IMG/VR virus record: IMGVR_UViG_3300046542_000074
Span: 1 to 64,000 of that record
DNA from: a virus
DNA: 64,000 bases
Reading direction: 5' to 3' (one strand)
The translations under genes and the position numbers were made by a program. Of the stretch, positions 17,306-28,311 are shown one piece after another (the first letter of the stretch is position 1; each line of letters starts with the position of its first letter). The notes beneath the pieces were generated by a model. That model searched no databases and had not been told where the DNA came from. It saw only the letters and a program-made list of their open reading frames with translations.

Positions 17306-18079
17306 TTATGCGGAAAAGGGTATCTCATGGGGACAAAAAGGGGACATTTGCTTCAGCCAACGTTTTACTGTCCTGTCTGTAACCCCAAGATGCTTCCCAA
17401 TATCTTTATATGTATAACCAGCATCCCTCAAACCCTTCGCCTTCAACTTAGGGTCAGCACCCCAACCACTTACCTCTTTGATGTGCTCAATATCCATTCT
17501 TTGAATGAGTGCCTGCGCACTTAGGTCTGAAATTTGCTCTGTCTTCTTGTCATCGCTCTCTTGAAGTGCTTGAATCTTCTGATCGATTGTCTGGAATACA
17601 TGGACAGCACCAAGACCTCTATTCAAAGTGGTGCTAGCCTTTACATCCCTCTTCAACTCACTCTTTGGATAGATGCCATTCCCTTCTATTGTGAAGTAGT
17701 CGTCATACTTGCGAAGTACGGTATCTTGGTAGTACCACTTATCATTATGCATCTGAGCTGCCTTGAGTTCGTCATAGTCCATGTTATGAATTACAGCAGA
17801 TTGTTTGATAGACTCACTTGGTCTGCAAGCCTGCTCTATCTGAATACCAAAGGCAGTAAGACTGAAGTCTTTCGACAGTCTTTCTCTTGTACTCATAGCG
17901 CCAAGTTGACGAAGGATGTCTTTCTCCAAACTCTTGGCTACAGCAAATGCCTTACCTTTGTTACCACTCTCTGCCTCCTGTACAAGTCTTTCGCTCATCT
18001 CACTCTGGATGGTTACGAGGTCTAGAGACTTCAAAACTGATTTCATTTGTTCAGGTGTTAGTTCTTCAACGTACAGCAT
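17306..18079 (-). CDS. protein with coiled coil and C-terminal HTH
   Basis: GYTYKDIGKHLGVTDRTVKRWLK. Confidence 0.75.
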   Translation of the reverse strand: MLYVEELTPEQMKSVLKSLDLVTIQSEMSERLVQEAESGNKGKAFAVAKSLEKDILRQLGAMSTRERLSKDFSLTAFGIQIEQACRPSESIKQSAVIHNMDYDELKAAQMHNDKWYYQDTVLRKYDDYFTIEGNGIYPKSELKRDVKASTTLNRGLGAVHVFQTIDQKIQALQESDDKKTEQISDLSAQALIQRMDIEHIKEVSGWGADPKLKAKGLRDAGYTYKDIGKHLGVTDRTVKRWLKQMSPFCPHEIPFSA

Positions 18080-18119
18080 TTTCCCTCCACATAAGTAAAC
18101 CCTCCGAAGAGGGCTATTG

Positions 18120-18320
18120 TTATTTCAAAGATTCAACAAGCTTCTGCCTGAACTCAGCTCGTTCATCCATAAAAGCCAAATGGTCATCCAGCTTACGTTT
18201 AGCCACTTCAATTGCTTCCTCAAGTCGTGCAGTTTCCTTCTCTTGCATTGGTGTATAAGCATCCAGCATGTCTAGTTGATCTTGTCGATCCATTTCCGAT
18301 TGACGCATTTCCCATTTCAT
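18120..18320 (-). CDS. hypothetical coiled-coil protein
   Basis: Followed by a UUCG terminator at about 18096-18115 (minus). Confidence 0.65.
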   Translation of the reverse strand: MKWEMRQSEMDRQDQLDMLDAYTPMQEKETARLEEAIEVAKRKLDDHLAFMDERAEFRQKLVESLK

Positions 18321-18778
18321 GTAGTTTCCTCCAGTTCAATAACCCTACCAATACCCATCTGTAAGTCCCGTCTCTGAGGGCCACACCTCACTTCATGCCA
18401 GAAGTTTTGAGCTAAATGCCTAAGCTCCTTAAACCCTTCTCCCCAAGGACCGGTAATCACCACCGCGAGACAACCTGAGCTACGTGTTATCCGATGGTAC
18501 TCGTTGGCTGGAATAAACAAGAAGCGCTTTCTACTTCTTGGTAGTCCTTCAACTGTGTATCTATTGTTTTCCTCCCGAATAATCTCTTCTGTGTAATCCC
18601 CTTTCAGAAGTATGCTGATTGCATTGAATGCGTGAGTGTGGAAACGATCTTGCTTGCCTGTTGTTGGCAAGAAGTTGAACAGCTTGATGCTGAACCATTT
18701 CTTGTACTCCAAGATGGTAAGTTCACGCACACTCTGTTCACCTAGATCAATCTGCTTGCGCTTCATGAATGTTATCAT
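18317..18778 (-). CDS. cupin-fold protein
   Basis: FHTHAF...GDYTE...EYHRI...VITGPW. Confidence 0.65.
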   Translation of the reverse strand: MITFMKRKQIDLGEQSVRELTILEYKKWFSIKLFNFLPTTGKQDRFHTHAFNAISILLKGDYTEEIIREENNRYTVEGLPRSRKRFLFIPANEYHRITRSSGCLAVVITGPWGEGFKELRHLAQNFWHEVRCGPQRRDLQMGIGRVIELEETT

Positions 18779-19110
18779 AGACTATTCATCCATCGTTTCT
18801 TAGTGAGTTCTGTCTCACCACATAAGTCCATCCACACACTCACAATCTCATTGGTTGTCATGTCACAGAAATCTTTGTCTATGTATACCAGAACACTCTT
18901 ATCAGTCCAGTTTAGAATGCCTGCGTTATAGCCGTCTTGCCAATAGAACATTTTTGTGTAATCTGCAATACCATGACAATGGTAGCCGTCCATACTCAAG
19001 TACTTCAAGTCTGGATACTTCTCAAGTAAGATGAGGTAAGCCATCCATTGTTCTTTATCTTGGTCTGGAAAGAGTGCTTGTTGAACTACGTGCTTTACTA
19101 GGTTGCTCAT
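18775..19110 (-). CDS. hypothetical protein
   Basis: GGAGG SD. Confidence 0.7.
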   Translation of the reverse strand: MSNLVKHVVQQALFPDQDKEQWMAYLILLEKYPDLKYLSMDGYHCHGIADYTKMFYWQDGYNAGILNWTDKSVLVYIDKDFCDMTTNEIVSVWMDLCGETELTKKRWMNSL

Positions 19111-19267
19111 TGATTCCTCCTGTGTAGTTTGAACATGTCAGACAGCCAACTCAACTTCAATCGCTTGTACTCCGTCAAGGTGATGTACTCACTAGTGGCT
19201 AGCTTCATTACCCAACCAAGGGTGTTATGTTTGTGAAGTACTGCACCCTTGATCCTTTCTCCTGTTG

Positions 19268-20545
19268 TCATGCTGCTTCCTCTACAGTTTCCCCTGCTCG
19301 TACTCTCTTGATATTGTTGTAGAATTCCACAACGTCATTGTCCAGTATCAAATCTCGTGTACTGAAGTTTGAGGCGAATGACATACGTGTCAAATCCTTT
19401 GCACGGCTCACCATTACATATGCTTGACCATGTGTGAAAGCCCCACGACCCATATCCACAACGAAGTTATCTAGTGTCATACCCTGACTTTTGTGACTAG
19501 TAATCGCCCAACTAAGCAGTAGTGGGATCTGTACATACTCGTGTTCCAAAGTCTTCTTGAGTCCAGATACACCAGTGTTGTAAGTGTAAGTTTCCCAAGT
19601 AAATGGCAACACTTCAACTTCTGTACCTGTATCATCCATCTGGACAATGACAGCACCGACTGTCAACCGTACAACAACACCACGTTGCCCATTTACATAA
19701 GCACCCTCTGGATCGTTTGCACAAAAGATAACACGAGTGCCTTTCTTCAGACGTACAACTTCCTCAACTGGAATAGCCGTATCCCATTTACTTGGATTGC
19801 TGGTGTAACCAGTGTAAGTGTGTTCTTCTTCTTCAATTTTGTTGTAGTGGATTGTGTTAATCCTTGCCGCGTCTTCCTTATAACAAGTCAAATGAAGGTT
19901 GTTGTACTGCTCAGCATCATAAGGACGTGCGTTCTCATGCAGCCACTCAACAGCCCGCCATGACCACTTACTTCCTTCACGGATGGTGTCCAACACTTTA
20001 ACTTGAGTCTCGTTATCCTGTCGGTAAGCCTTCTCCATACTTACAACTTCAAAGTTCCAAGCATCTGAGCCGAAAGCATAGGGTGTGTCATACTCTTGGT
20101 AGAATACTTTGTGATCCCGTTGCCCAACAATCGGATTGAGTTGATAGAAGTCGCCAACCACAACCATTTGTACGCCACCAAATGGAAGCTTATTCTCTCG
20201 TGCTTGTTGAAGGCGATGATTAATCAAGTCCAACATATCTGCTCGCACCATACTGATTTCATCAATAATGATTCGCTTGAGTTTACGAGAGGACAGAAGT
20301 TTACGCACCTTCGTACTAATTTTGGCGTAATCGTCTTTTGTTGGAACGCCAATAGGCAGACCAAAGATTTTGTGGCAAGTACTGCCCTGAATATTCAATG
20401 CAGCAGCACCAGTTGGAGCCACAAGGATTGTATTTTTGTTGGTAATCTGTCGAATAACCCACGATTTACCCCTACCTGCACCAGCAGTAAGGAAAACATT
20501 CTTCCCTGTTTCAATGAGTGCGATTGCAATAGCCTGTGTCGTCAT
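19268..20545 (-). CDS. Pif1/RecD-like SF1B DNA helicase
   Basis: GAGRGKS, IIDEISMV, FGGVQMVVVGDFYQL, QIPLLLSWAITSHKSQG, GQAYVMVSR. Confidence 0.9.
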   Translation of the reverse strand: MTTQAIAIALIETGKNVFLTAGAGRGKSWVIRQITNKNTILVAPTGAAALNIQGSTCHKIFGLPIGVPTKDDYAKISTKVRKLLSSRKLKRIIIDEISMVRADMLDLINHRLQQARENKLPFGGVQMVVVGDFYQLNPIVGQRDHKVFYQEYDTPYAFGSDAWNFEVVSMEKAYRQDNETQVKVLDTIREGSKWSWRAVEWLHENARPYDAEQYNNLHLTCYKEDAARINTIHYNKIEEEEHTYTGYTSNPSKWDTAIPVEEVVRLKKGTRVIFCANDPEGAYVNGQRGVVVRLTVGAVIVQMDDTGTEVEVLPFTWETYTYNTGVSGLKKTLEHEYVQIPLLLSWAITSHKSQGMTLDNFVVDMGRGAFTHGQAYVMVSRAKDLTRMSFASNFSTRDLILDNDVVEFYNNIKRVRAGETVEEAA

Positions 20546-20647
20546 TTTCTCTCCTAGAATTAATAAAGTCTTGTTCCCAAAGAACAAAGCCCCACCACAA
20601 TCAAGGGCAGGGCTCAGTTTACATCAGTTAGTTTGTGTTTGCAACGA

Positions 20648-20875
20648 TTACTCACCCCAATACGTAAGTTCTTCTTTAACAGCTTCTTCTGGTGTGTAGA
20701 TATTCACACCCTCAAACACACAGTTATCCCACAATGACTCTGCAAGATACTGACAGTCCTCATATTCGGAGGCATCGTATAACTTAATGTTGTACATGTG
20801 AGCTTTACACTCTTCGATCCAGCGTTCACGCTCAGCTTCTACTTTGTTACGTACTTGCACTTTTACGATTGCCAT
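20648..20875 (-). CDS. hypothetical protein
   Basis: TPEEAVKEELTYW C-terminus. Confidence 0.65.
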   Translation of the reverse strand: MAIVKVQVRNKVEAERERWIEECKAHMYNIKLYDASEYEDCQYLAESLWDNCVFEGVNIYTPEEAVKEELTYWGE

Positions 20876-21032
20876 TAGTAGTCTCCGTACCTACGATTCA
20901 AATCTTTCATCATACTGTCAGCACACTCATCACCTTCCCAATGACGGATGTTTTCAATATGTTCTCGTTCCTCCATGTACTCCCAATCGGTCATACTTTC
21001 TTGCTCAGCCTTGTACCAATCGTCAACTGCGC

Positions 21033-21350
21033 TCATTCAATTCCTCCGTAGTTCCACTGAATACTCTCAAGTGTCTCGTCAATTTGTTTGAATTGTTGTT
21101 CATAGTGTTCCAGTCCATCATCCCACCACTTCCAGCGTTTGACTAGCAATGGGTAAGCCACACACTCAGAGTAACCCGAGGCAACGCACTCGTGTAGAGT
21201 TTGTTGTATGTCAAACCCAGCACCCCAGCCGTAATCAATGATCTGCAACATTGGTGTGTGACGTTGCCAAAGACATTTGTGCCAGTGCTCACGGTATTGG
21301 TACTCAGCCTCTCCGTTGATGTAAGCCAGCCAATTGTCTTTTTCTGTCAC
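21033..21350 (-). CDS. hypothetical protein
   Basis: In a run of coupled minus-strand ORFs. Confidence 0.6.
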   Translation of the reverse strand: MTEKDNWLAYINGEAEYQYREHWHKCLWQRHTPMLQIIDYGWGAGFDIQQTLHECVASGYSECVAYPLLVKRWKWWDDGLEHYEQQFKQIDETLESIQWNYGGIE

Positions 21351-21880
21351 AATTCACCGCCAAGTTTACCGATTACCACTTCCATCCTGTCGAAGAATTC
21401 CTCAATTGTTTTAGCGTCATAAGTTCTTAGTCGTGGTGACGATTTCTTTGGTGTATTAACCAACTCAAAGATTTCTATCAACTCAGAACAAACCTCACTC
21501 TGCAAGTTATCGACCACGTTGTTCGTCCTCGTCGTCATAATCATCTGGCTCGTAATCTTGGTAGTCTTCTTGTTTGTAATTCACTTTTTAGCCTCCACGT
21601 AACAGGAATCTTTCATGAGGCTGGAAGTAATACCATCCAGCAAGTCTGGTGTTCCAGAGCACAACACAATCCACAGTGTAATGAAACCAAAGAACCACTT
21701 ATCTGAATCACTCATCCTATGCTAGCCTCACCAATTACTTCACCCTCAAGGATAAGTTGCACTGTGTGCGTCTCTACCCAACGGTAATCACCACAACCCT
21801 CCATGTGAGAACTTGTCTTGACATCCAGAGTAAGATGATCTTTAAGATATTGGTTCAAGTGGTGGTGAAAGTTTTCAATA

Positions 21881-22141
21881 TCAGTAAACATCCTTCTTTA
21901 CCTTCCCTTTAATTGTGAAGTTGAATGGCTTGAACAGAATACCAATCGCACCAAACAAATGTGTAATGCCGATAATACAAAGAATCCAACCCATAACACA
22001 CCCAAGTACTGAACTCCAAAACAACCCTCCAAGGCTGATGTCTTTACCGTCGTACCACTCTACAAGGTTGATGCAGTGTGCGGCAATAAAACCTGAAACA
22101 AACCCAGAGACAACTAAGTATGTAAATTGTAATTCAGTCAT
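21881..22141 (-). CDS. small membrane protein
   Basis: Two hydrophobic segments. Confidence 0.6.
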   Translation of the reverse strand: MTELQFTYLVVSGFVSGFIAAHCINLVEWYDGKDISLGGLFWSSVLGCVMGWILCIIGITHLFGAIGILFKPFNFTIKGKVKKDVY

Positions 22142-23031
22142 TCGTATTTCTCCAGAGCTTTGGTCAGCAACTCCTTACCACTGGGCCAACTACCATCGAA
22201 GATCGCCTCATAGTAGTTGTTTGAGTCTGACAAGTCAATAATAAGGCTAACAACGTCTTCAGGTATACCACGATCTAGCCAGTTTCGTATCTTGATACAA
22301 CTTTCACATGCACAACTCAAATCGTCCGCTCCCGTGCTTCTGCAAAGATTTCGAAATTTAGTGCAGCTAATTGCCGGTGTGTAAGCTTATCCAGATTCTT
22401 GAGAATATCCCGGTAAGCTTTCATTTGCAAAACACTACCACACCCACGTTTGCATGTCACCGCTCTATTACACTCTTCACAGACAATATTATCAGCTTGT
22501 TCTTGGTTCATTCATGCTCTCCAGTAGTTGTTTAATGAATACAGCCTGAGACTTCACTTGCGCAGTAAGGTCTTTAGCCAGCAAACCTATCTGCTTCTGG
22601 TCAGTCCTGCTTAAGTTATTACGACCAAGGGCTTTGGAAATAAGCTTCTCATTGGTCAGTCGTTCTCCTGAAATACCCGTCATTCCATCTCCTTATTCAA
22701 ATCAAACTTATTGTGCCTACGTTTGAACTTCTTGCAACGCTCAAGTTGGAATATCCGCATGTCATCCCAATGGCAAGCTCGCAAGTGCTCCCGGTTGTGT
22801 GCAATGTACAGCTTCAATTCTCTTGGGCCTTTCACTTCTGTCCGTCACTCCCTACGTAAGTTAGTTCATACACCAGCTCACCGTCTTCAGCCTGCTTGTA
22901 AGACTGAATGTTGATTGCAAGTGGTTGGAAGATTTTACAGTAATCCAACGCTGAGTCAAGGTTTTTGAACATTCTTTTTCGCTCTGCATCTGTTTCGATC
23001 ATCCCTTCTAAGGCGTCAGTACAGTCTTCCA

Positions 23032-23694
23032 TCAGTTAATCCTCACAATTGTAAATTTACCACCACGGAATACCGCTCCTGTGTCGATGTAATGAACATT
23101 CCCAAGCACTACCATTTCATTGTTTGGGCTGTGCCCAACATAAAGTTTGTGTAGACCGGTAATCGGAGTCTCATCGGCATCTGAAATCTTACTCCTAGCC
23201 CAAATAGCTGTAGCAATTACATAGTCGTCTGGATTCTCCAGCATCTTTCTGGCTTCATACCAGTTATTGCTTGGAGATTCAGCATGGACAATACCAACTA
23301 AGCCGTCTGGTGTATCAACTTCGATTGCAAGAGGAAGTTCAGACATCTCAAGTGCATAACATTGTTGTTCTACTTCTGACATTCCGTAGAACCACTCCCC
23401 ACCGTTCTGCCAGTGAATATCAGACGACCAACTTCCCTTGCCTTCACGCGCAGCATCGATTACAAATTTGTCGTGGTTGCCAAGGGCAGCGTGAAACCAA
23501 GGCTTTCGCAACCAAGTCCAGAACTCTTCACTCTCTGGTCCTCTGTCAACTAGATCACCTACCGAGAACAGACGATCCTTAGTCTCATCGAACCCAATCA
23601 CGTAAAGTTGTTCTTGTAGTTTGCTGAAACAGCCGTGAATGTCACCGACAACATAGTCGGCTCCACTCAAGTTCATACCGAAGTGCTTAATCAC
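23032..23694 (-). CDS. Ser/Thr protein phosphatase (lambda NinI/PphA-like metallophosphoesterase)
   Basis: GDIHG, GDLVDRGP, GNHD, GHS, IDTG. Confidence 0.92.
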   Translation of the reverse strand: MIKHFGMNLSGADYVVGDIHGCFSKLQEQLYVIGFDETKDRLFSVGDLVDRGPESEEFWTWLRKPWFHAALGNHDKFVIDAAREGKGSWSSDIHWQNGGEWFYGMSEVEQQCYALEMSELPLAIEVDTPDGLVGIVHAESPSNNWYEARKMLENPDDYVIATAIWARSKISDADETPITGLHKLYVGHSPNNEMVVLGNVHYIDTGAVFRGGKFTIVRIN

Positions 23695-23929
23695 GGGTAA
23701 TCCTTCCCCTTATAAGTTGCAACAACACCCTTGGCAAGTTCTGGATAAGCTTCAGCGAACTTTGCGTACTCTTCAAGGTAATGCTCAAGACGTTTCTTGT
23801 CCTCTTCCTGTCGAAGCTTCCTTTCTTCTGGCGTACTGTTAATATCTTGCCAGTTTGCCATCATTTCTGATGTAATTTTAACACGACCTACAAACATGTT
23901 TCCTCCTTATCTACTGTGTGTATTTGTAA

Positions 23930-24829
23930 TCAGCCAATATCATCTATATCCCTTACCCCTTTATAAACAGGCAGCCTAGGTTTATCAACTACTCCAACTT
24001 CAAAGTGCTTATAGTTGACGATTACGTCAGTCCACTTGTCACGGTTATCCCAAATCTCTTTCCGAAGTGCAGCATCAAATCCAGTACCAATGCTAAACTC
24101 CACACCAGAGTAAATATCACGAACTTGCAATGCACCAAGGGTGTTAGCTGGAACAAGGTTCTCTTTGTTCTTTGATCGCTTAGTGCGCCCAAGTTCATTT
24201 GTTTCAGCAACGTTCTCATTGTGCATCTGCTCAGTGAAGCCGATAATCACTGCCTCACTGTCACTGAATTTCTTGAGCTTGCCGAGAAGACCTTGCTTCA
24301 TTGTTGATCGACCTTGTTTATACTTCCCATTAGGATCTTTCAGCATTGCACCTTCCCAACCAGCTTCCTCAAGTTCTGTTTGTTTGGCTACAACCTCTTC
24401 TACGGAATGCACCAACTTTTGAAATAAACTAACAACTTGTTTCTCACCCCGAGCCTGAGCTTTATATTGCTCGTATCGAACGCTTGCAATATCGTTACCT
24501 GTGTTATCAAACACATAGAAATAAATGTTGTCTTTTGACATGCCTTCTGGAAGTTCTGTTGACATGCAGGCGCGAGTACTAAGATTGAACACATCTTTGT
24601 GCATTGGCGAACCATAAATAACTTCACCATCCAACCCGTTCAATTCTTCACGACCAAACAACTCTTGAACAGCCTTAGACCTGATTGGCTTGTTTGATCG
24701 CGAATAACATACTGCGTCTTTGACGTACAATCGAATACCATCAACCTTTGGGCTTAGCATCATCGGGAACGACACTTCACCCAAGTCTTCAATCGTGTGT
24801 GCCAGCATAACTTTAAAAATATCGGACAT
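23930..24829 (-). CDS. ATP-dependent DNA ligase
   Basis: KVDGIR (motif I), LDGE, FYVFD, EGAMLK, KLK, GTGF. Confidence 0.92.
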   Translation of the reverse strand: MSDIFKVMLAHTIEDLGEVSFPMMLSPKVDGIRLYVKDAVCYSRSNKPIRSKAVQELFGREELNGLDGEVIYGSPMHKDVFNLSTRACMSTELPEGMSKDNIYFYVFDNTGNDIASVRYEQYKAQARGEKQVVSLFQKLVHSVEEVVAKQTELEEAGWEGAMLKDPNGKYKQGRSTMKQGLLGKLKKFSDSEAVIIGFTEQMHNENVAETNELGRTKRSKNKENLVPANTLGALQVRDIYSGVEFSIGTGFDAALRKEIWDNRDKWTDVIVNYKHFEVGVVDKPRLPVYKGVRDIDDIG

Positions 24830-25040
24830 TTTCTTTTCTCTCCAATGAAATAGAATAACCAAATTCGTTACCACCCTTAAGTGGCCGATGTACCAGAGTG
24901 TAATCCAGCAAGTTCATATCCGGGTTGTCCAGAATAATCTTTGCAATGTAACACTCTTGGTTCGCCTGAAGTGCATCTAAACACTTCCTTACAATGTCCT
25001 GTCGTGGGTCAACTGTAAACAAAGACAAGTTCAACACCAT
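24813..25040 (-). CDS. hypothetical protein
   Basis: Overlaps ligase start. Confidence 0.5.
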   Translation of the reverse strand: MVLNLSLFTVDPRQDIVRKCLDALQANQECYIAKIILDNPDMNLLDYTLVHRPLKGGNEFGYSISLERKENVRYF

Positions 25041-25251
25041 GCTCTTTCAAATGACTCTCACACAAACTCAGTGGAAGGCAGGAGGTGGCTTTAAGTCCAT
25101 GATCATAAGCTGTTGAGCGAATACAGTCTTCTTGGTGGTATTCTTGTTCCCCTTCATTATTTACCCATACATATTCAGGCTGTGAACAACAAGAGGGATC
25201 CCCACAGCCGCCGTATTCCACCCATCTCTCAGTCCAAGTTACAGTCTTCAT
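25009..25251 (-). CDS. hypothetical protein (CGDPSCC)
   Basis: Coupled ORF. Confidence 0.6.
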   Translation of the reverse strand: MKTVTWTERWVEYGGCGDPSCCSQPEYVWVNNEGEQEYHQEDCIRSTAYDHGLKATSCLPLSLCESHLKEHGVELVFVYS

Positions 25252-25668
25252 TCAAATACCCTCTTCATACTTCAATACGTGAATTTGTTTTCGTTTGAGG
25301 AATTCAATACCGTCAACTAGTCGATACTCCTCATCGTATGTAACCATTCTCACACCAGCTTGGTAGAGTTGTAATGCACACGGGAGGCAGGGACTGAGCG
25401 TTACATAAATGTCTGCATCTTTAAGCGATATACCTTCCCGTGCAGCTTTCGCCACAATGTTTGATTCAGCATGTAACACTTCAGGGTGTGTCAATTCTGG
25501 ATTAACTTCACAGCAATTACTATCACCAGATGGTCTACCGTTCCAAGAGTAAATCACAACATCTTGGGGAGTTACAGCAATTGCCCCAACCTTCCGTCTT
25601 TCGGCGTGTGATAGTTTAGCGAAAGCCCGTGCTGTTTCCATGTACGGGCGAATCATTTTCGATTTCAT
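25252..25668 (-). CDS. dCMP deaminase
   Basis: KVGA, HAESN, SPCLPCA; likely start MKSKMIRPY. Confidence 0.9.
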   Translation of the reverse strand: MKSKMIRPYMETARAFAKLSHAERRKVGAIAVTPQDVVIYSWNGRPSGDSNCCEVNPELTHPEVLHAESNIVAKAAREGISLKDADIYVTLSPCLPCALQLYQAGVRMVTYDEEYRLVDGIEFLKRKQIHVLKYEEGI

Positions 25669-25904
25669 TTGAAGTACTTCACGTAAATACCCCGGACTGC
25701 ATACACAGGCCAACCGACGATACCAATTGTATACACCAGAGCCCACATAACTTTGTCAAATGTTTCTCGTGACATAGTTGCCCCACTATTGGTTGTAATG
25801 AACTCTTTGTACCAACCTTCAAGTTTACCTTTGTAATCTCCCTTCTTAGTTACTGAGGAAGTAATCACGAAACCTGCCAGTAGGTAGATTGCTGTTGTAA
25901 ACAT
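25665..25904 (-). CDS. small membrane protein
   Basis: Two hydrophobic segments. Confidence 0.6.
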   Translation of the reverse strand: MFTTAIYLLAGFVITSSVTKKGDYKGKLEGWYKEFITTNSGATMSRETFDKVMWALVYTIGIVGWPVYAVRGIYVKYFK

Positions 25905-26251
25905 TATTTCACCTCCTGTAGGAAGTTATAGGCTGCAACAGTTGTTTCAACAAGCGGCTTCTCGATATCCAACATGTCTTCAATCAACTGGATTGCTCGT
26001 TTCAAATCATCAGATTGTTCCAACTTAGCCTCTACAATCTCAAACATTGTTTGTGAGTCAAACTTCCAAGCATCCCTCCCGTGACCAAACCGTGAACCAT
26101 TTGGTGCATAACCGAATCGCGCACGATCCTTGTGATCAAGACCGGAAGTCTTAAAAGAAGCCTTCGCGTGTGCAGTGGTTGCCCAAACAGACTTGCCGGA
26201 TCGCATCTTTACAATTTCACCAGACTCTTTGTGTCGAATAACAAAAGGCAT
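25904..26251 (-). CDS. hypothetical protein
   Basis: GGAGG SD. Confidence 0.7.
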   Translation of the reverse strand: MPFVIRHKESGEIVKMRSGKSVWATTAHAKASFKTSGLDHKDRARFGYAPNGSRFGHGRDAWKFDSQTMFEIVEAKLEQSDDLKRAIQLIEDMLDIEKPLVETTVAAYNFLQEVK

Positions 26252-26697
26252 TATTTACCCTCCAAGTAATTCTGGTAAGACTTAGTGTAGCAAGCGTTAC
26301 TTGCAAACTTAATGTTGTGATCCTGTACATGGAATCGACGTTTACGGCTATAAGTGGCCTTCACACGTTTAACAATCTTAGCCGAGTGAGCGAACATTAC
26401 AGCAATCAGACTATGACCTACAGTATCGTTGAAGTTAACCAGTTCTTCGAAGTCATTGAAACTACGGATAAACTGGAATGCCTCATTGTTGTAGTCTTCG
26501 TCATTGTGCAGGGCAATCATATTGAGAACACTAATCCGACCAGAACCAGTCCGGTCAAACTCTGGATTACGGAAGGATTTCAGTCGATCTTTTGGATCGT
26601 ATACCGGACTGTATCCCATAGCTTCTGCGAAGCGCACGAGGGAAGTTTCTTGGATACGGCTAGTGTCTTTAGGGATAAAATTACGAATTGGTTGCAT
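26251..26697 (-). CDS. hypothetical protein
   Basis: Start MQPIRNF after AAGGAG. Confidence 0.7.
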   Translation of the reverse strand: MQPIRNFIPKDTSRIQETSLVRFAEAMGYSPVYDPKDRLKSFRNPEFDRTGSGRISVLNMIALHNDEDYNNEAFQFIRSFNDFEELVNFNDTVGHSLIAVMFAHSAKIVKRVKATYSRKRRFHVQDHNIKFASNACYTKSYQNYLEGK

Positions 26698-26707
26698 TTG
26701 TTTCTCC

Positions 26708-26998
26708 TTAGTTTGGTTTATTCTGGCCTTTTCGAGTACCAACTCCCGTGCAGCTATAACCGCCACTCTCAAGCTTTGAATTGGTCTTCTGCAACTTACT
26801 TGCTTTGATTGTATACTTTCCTTTACCGTAGTACCGGTCAACTTGAGCCTGTACTGTAGCACGATCACTGTGATGATAAAAGACATATTTACCACTGGCG
26901 TTCAAAATATAAAAGGTCGCGGGCGGAATAAAGTTAATACCAGTGAATGTGCTGAAGTCAACTTCTGTGAACCGTATTTCTTTAACTTTGTCGCCCAT
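26708..26998 (-). CDS. hypothetical protein
   Basis: GAGGT SD. Confidence 0.7.
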   Translation of the reverse strand: MGDKVKEIRFTEVDFSTFTGINFIPPATFYILNASGKYVFYHHSDRATVQAQVDRYYGKGKYTIKASKLQKTNSKLESGGYSCTGVGTRKGQNKPN

Positions 26999-27158
26999 TA
27001 AAATACCTCATCGAACAGAATGTCAAGATTCTCAATCGAGCACTCTTCCAGTTTATACAGTAGTTCCTCAATCTCATGAGAGAACGCGGCAATCATTGCG
27101 TCTGTGTACCCAACTTCTTTAGCTCGCATTGTCACATAGAGCATACTTTCTTTAAGTG

Positions 27159-27359
27159 TCATAGACCATATTTCTCCTTTAGTTTGTCAACTAAATCATC
27201 AGCATGTCGATTCTCCAATGCGTTGAACAGTTCTTTGATAAGTTTGTCTGCTTCTTGTGCGATCACGGCTGCGTTAGACTTGGCATCATTGAACCCGTCC
27301 ATGTAATAGCCGTCACCAGTACCTTCATACATATGTTGGATTCGATCTTCGTAGCTCAT
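27159..27359 (-). CDS. hypothetical protein, related to 27356-27568
   Basis: YMDGFNDAKSNAA. Confidence 0.6.
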   Translation of the reverse strand: MSYEDRIQHMYEGTGDGYYMDGFNDAKSNAAVIAQEADKLIKELFNALENRHADDLVDKLKEKYGL

Positions 27360-27568
27360 ACACCAGCCTCCGCTTTAATTTCTTGAAGCATTTCATCGCC
27401 CCACATCTTGCGAGCATAATACTCAAGACGTTCAATATAAGCATCTGAGGCTATTGCCAGTTCTGCCGCAGCATGTCGTGCGTCACGATGGCCTGTCTTG
27501 TAGGCAATTGCACCAGCACGATTGTCATGTTTTGTTTGGAGATTCATAATCTCGTTGTGCAAATTCAT
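27356..27568 (-). CDS. hypothetical phage protein (YKTGHRDARHAAAELA motif)
   Basis: Coupled ORF. Confidence 0.7.
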   Translation of the reverse strand: MNLHNEIMNLQTKHDNRAGAIAYKTGHRDARHAAAELAIASDAYIERLEYYARKMWGDEMLQEIKAEAGV

Positions 27569-27930
27569 TCATCATCTCCTGTCATAGCCCAAAGGTTGTT
27601 CACTTCCACTTCTGCTGGATGACCATTCATATCAAACTCTGTCCAGCAATACCGCCAGAGAACACCTCCTAGCCAGTAATCTTCGTAGTGTACACCAGCA
27701 CAATGGTATTGTGAAGCTGCTTCTGAATCTTTTGTTGCTGATTTAAATTCTTCCCAAGATACTTTTGTCATTGTGCAAGATACCCAATAGAAGTACCAGC
27801 CCCAACAAAAATAAACAGCATCAGCGCCAACTTTGCATAATCAATCTCGTAACCTCGTCTAAGATTGGCGACTCCAATACTTGACAAAACAATCCAAACC
27901 AAAAACCCTATAACGGCACCATCAATCATA

Positions 27931-28311
27931 TCAACCCTCCACTACTTTAGAAAGAACTTCGTCTGCATATTCAAGATACAACCCGACAACCCCACGAGCC
28001 CCAATGTTTGGGTTGTTAGCTGCGAACTCAATCAGAGTACCACCACCAATACACTCTCTTACCCATTCATTAACATCAATCCCAACTATTCGGGCTGCCC
28101 TCTTGACATACTTCAATTCAGATGATTGACAAACATAACTTGGCATCTTTATGCCATACTTGCTTGCCAATTCTTTGTGATAGTTCATATCAGCCAGCTC
28201 AACAATGTTGGAAGAGGCTAATTTCTTAGCTTCCCTCGACACTCTTGAGGCTTCTCTGATAGCCAACCTCTCTTCATCTGAGAGATTCGATAGGTAATTA
28301 CTATTAACCAT
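27931..28311 (-). CDS. hypothetical protein
   Basis: About 126-aa ORF. Confidence 0.65.
   Translation of the reverse strand: MVNSNYLSNLSDEERLAIREASRVSREAKKLASSNIVELADMNYHKELASKYGIKMPSYVCQSSELKYVKRAARIVGIDVNEWVRECIGGGTLIEFAANNPNIGARGVVGLYLEYADEVLSKVVEG

Noticed and set aside
17162-17524. Plus-strand ORFs at the right spacer
   Set aside because: Overlap the HTH gene antisense and its terminator; no SD; atypical composition
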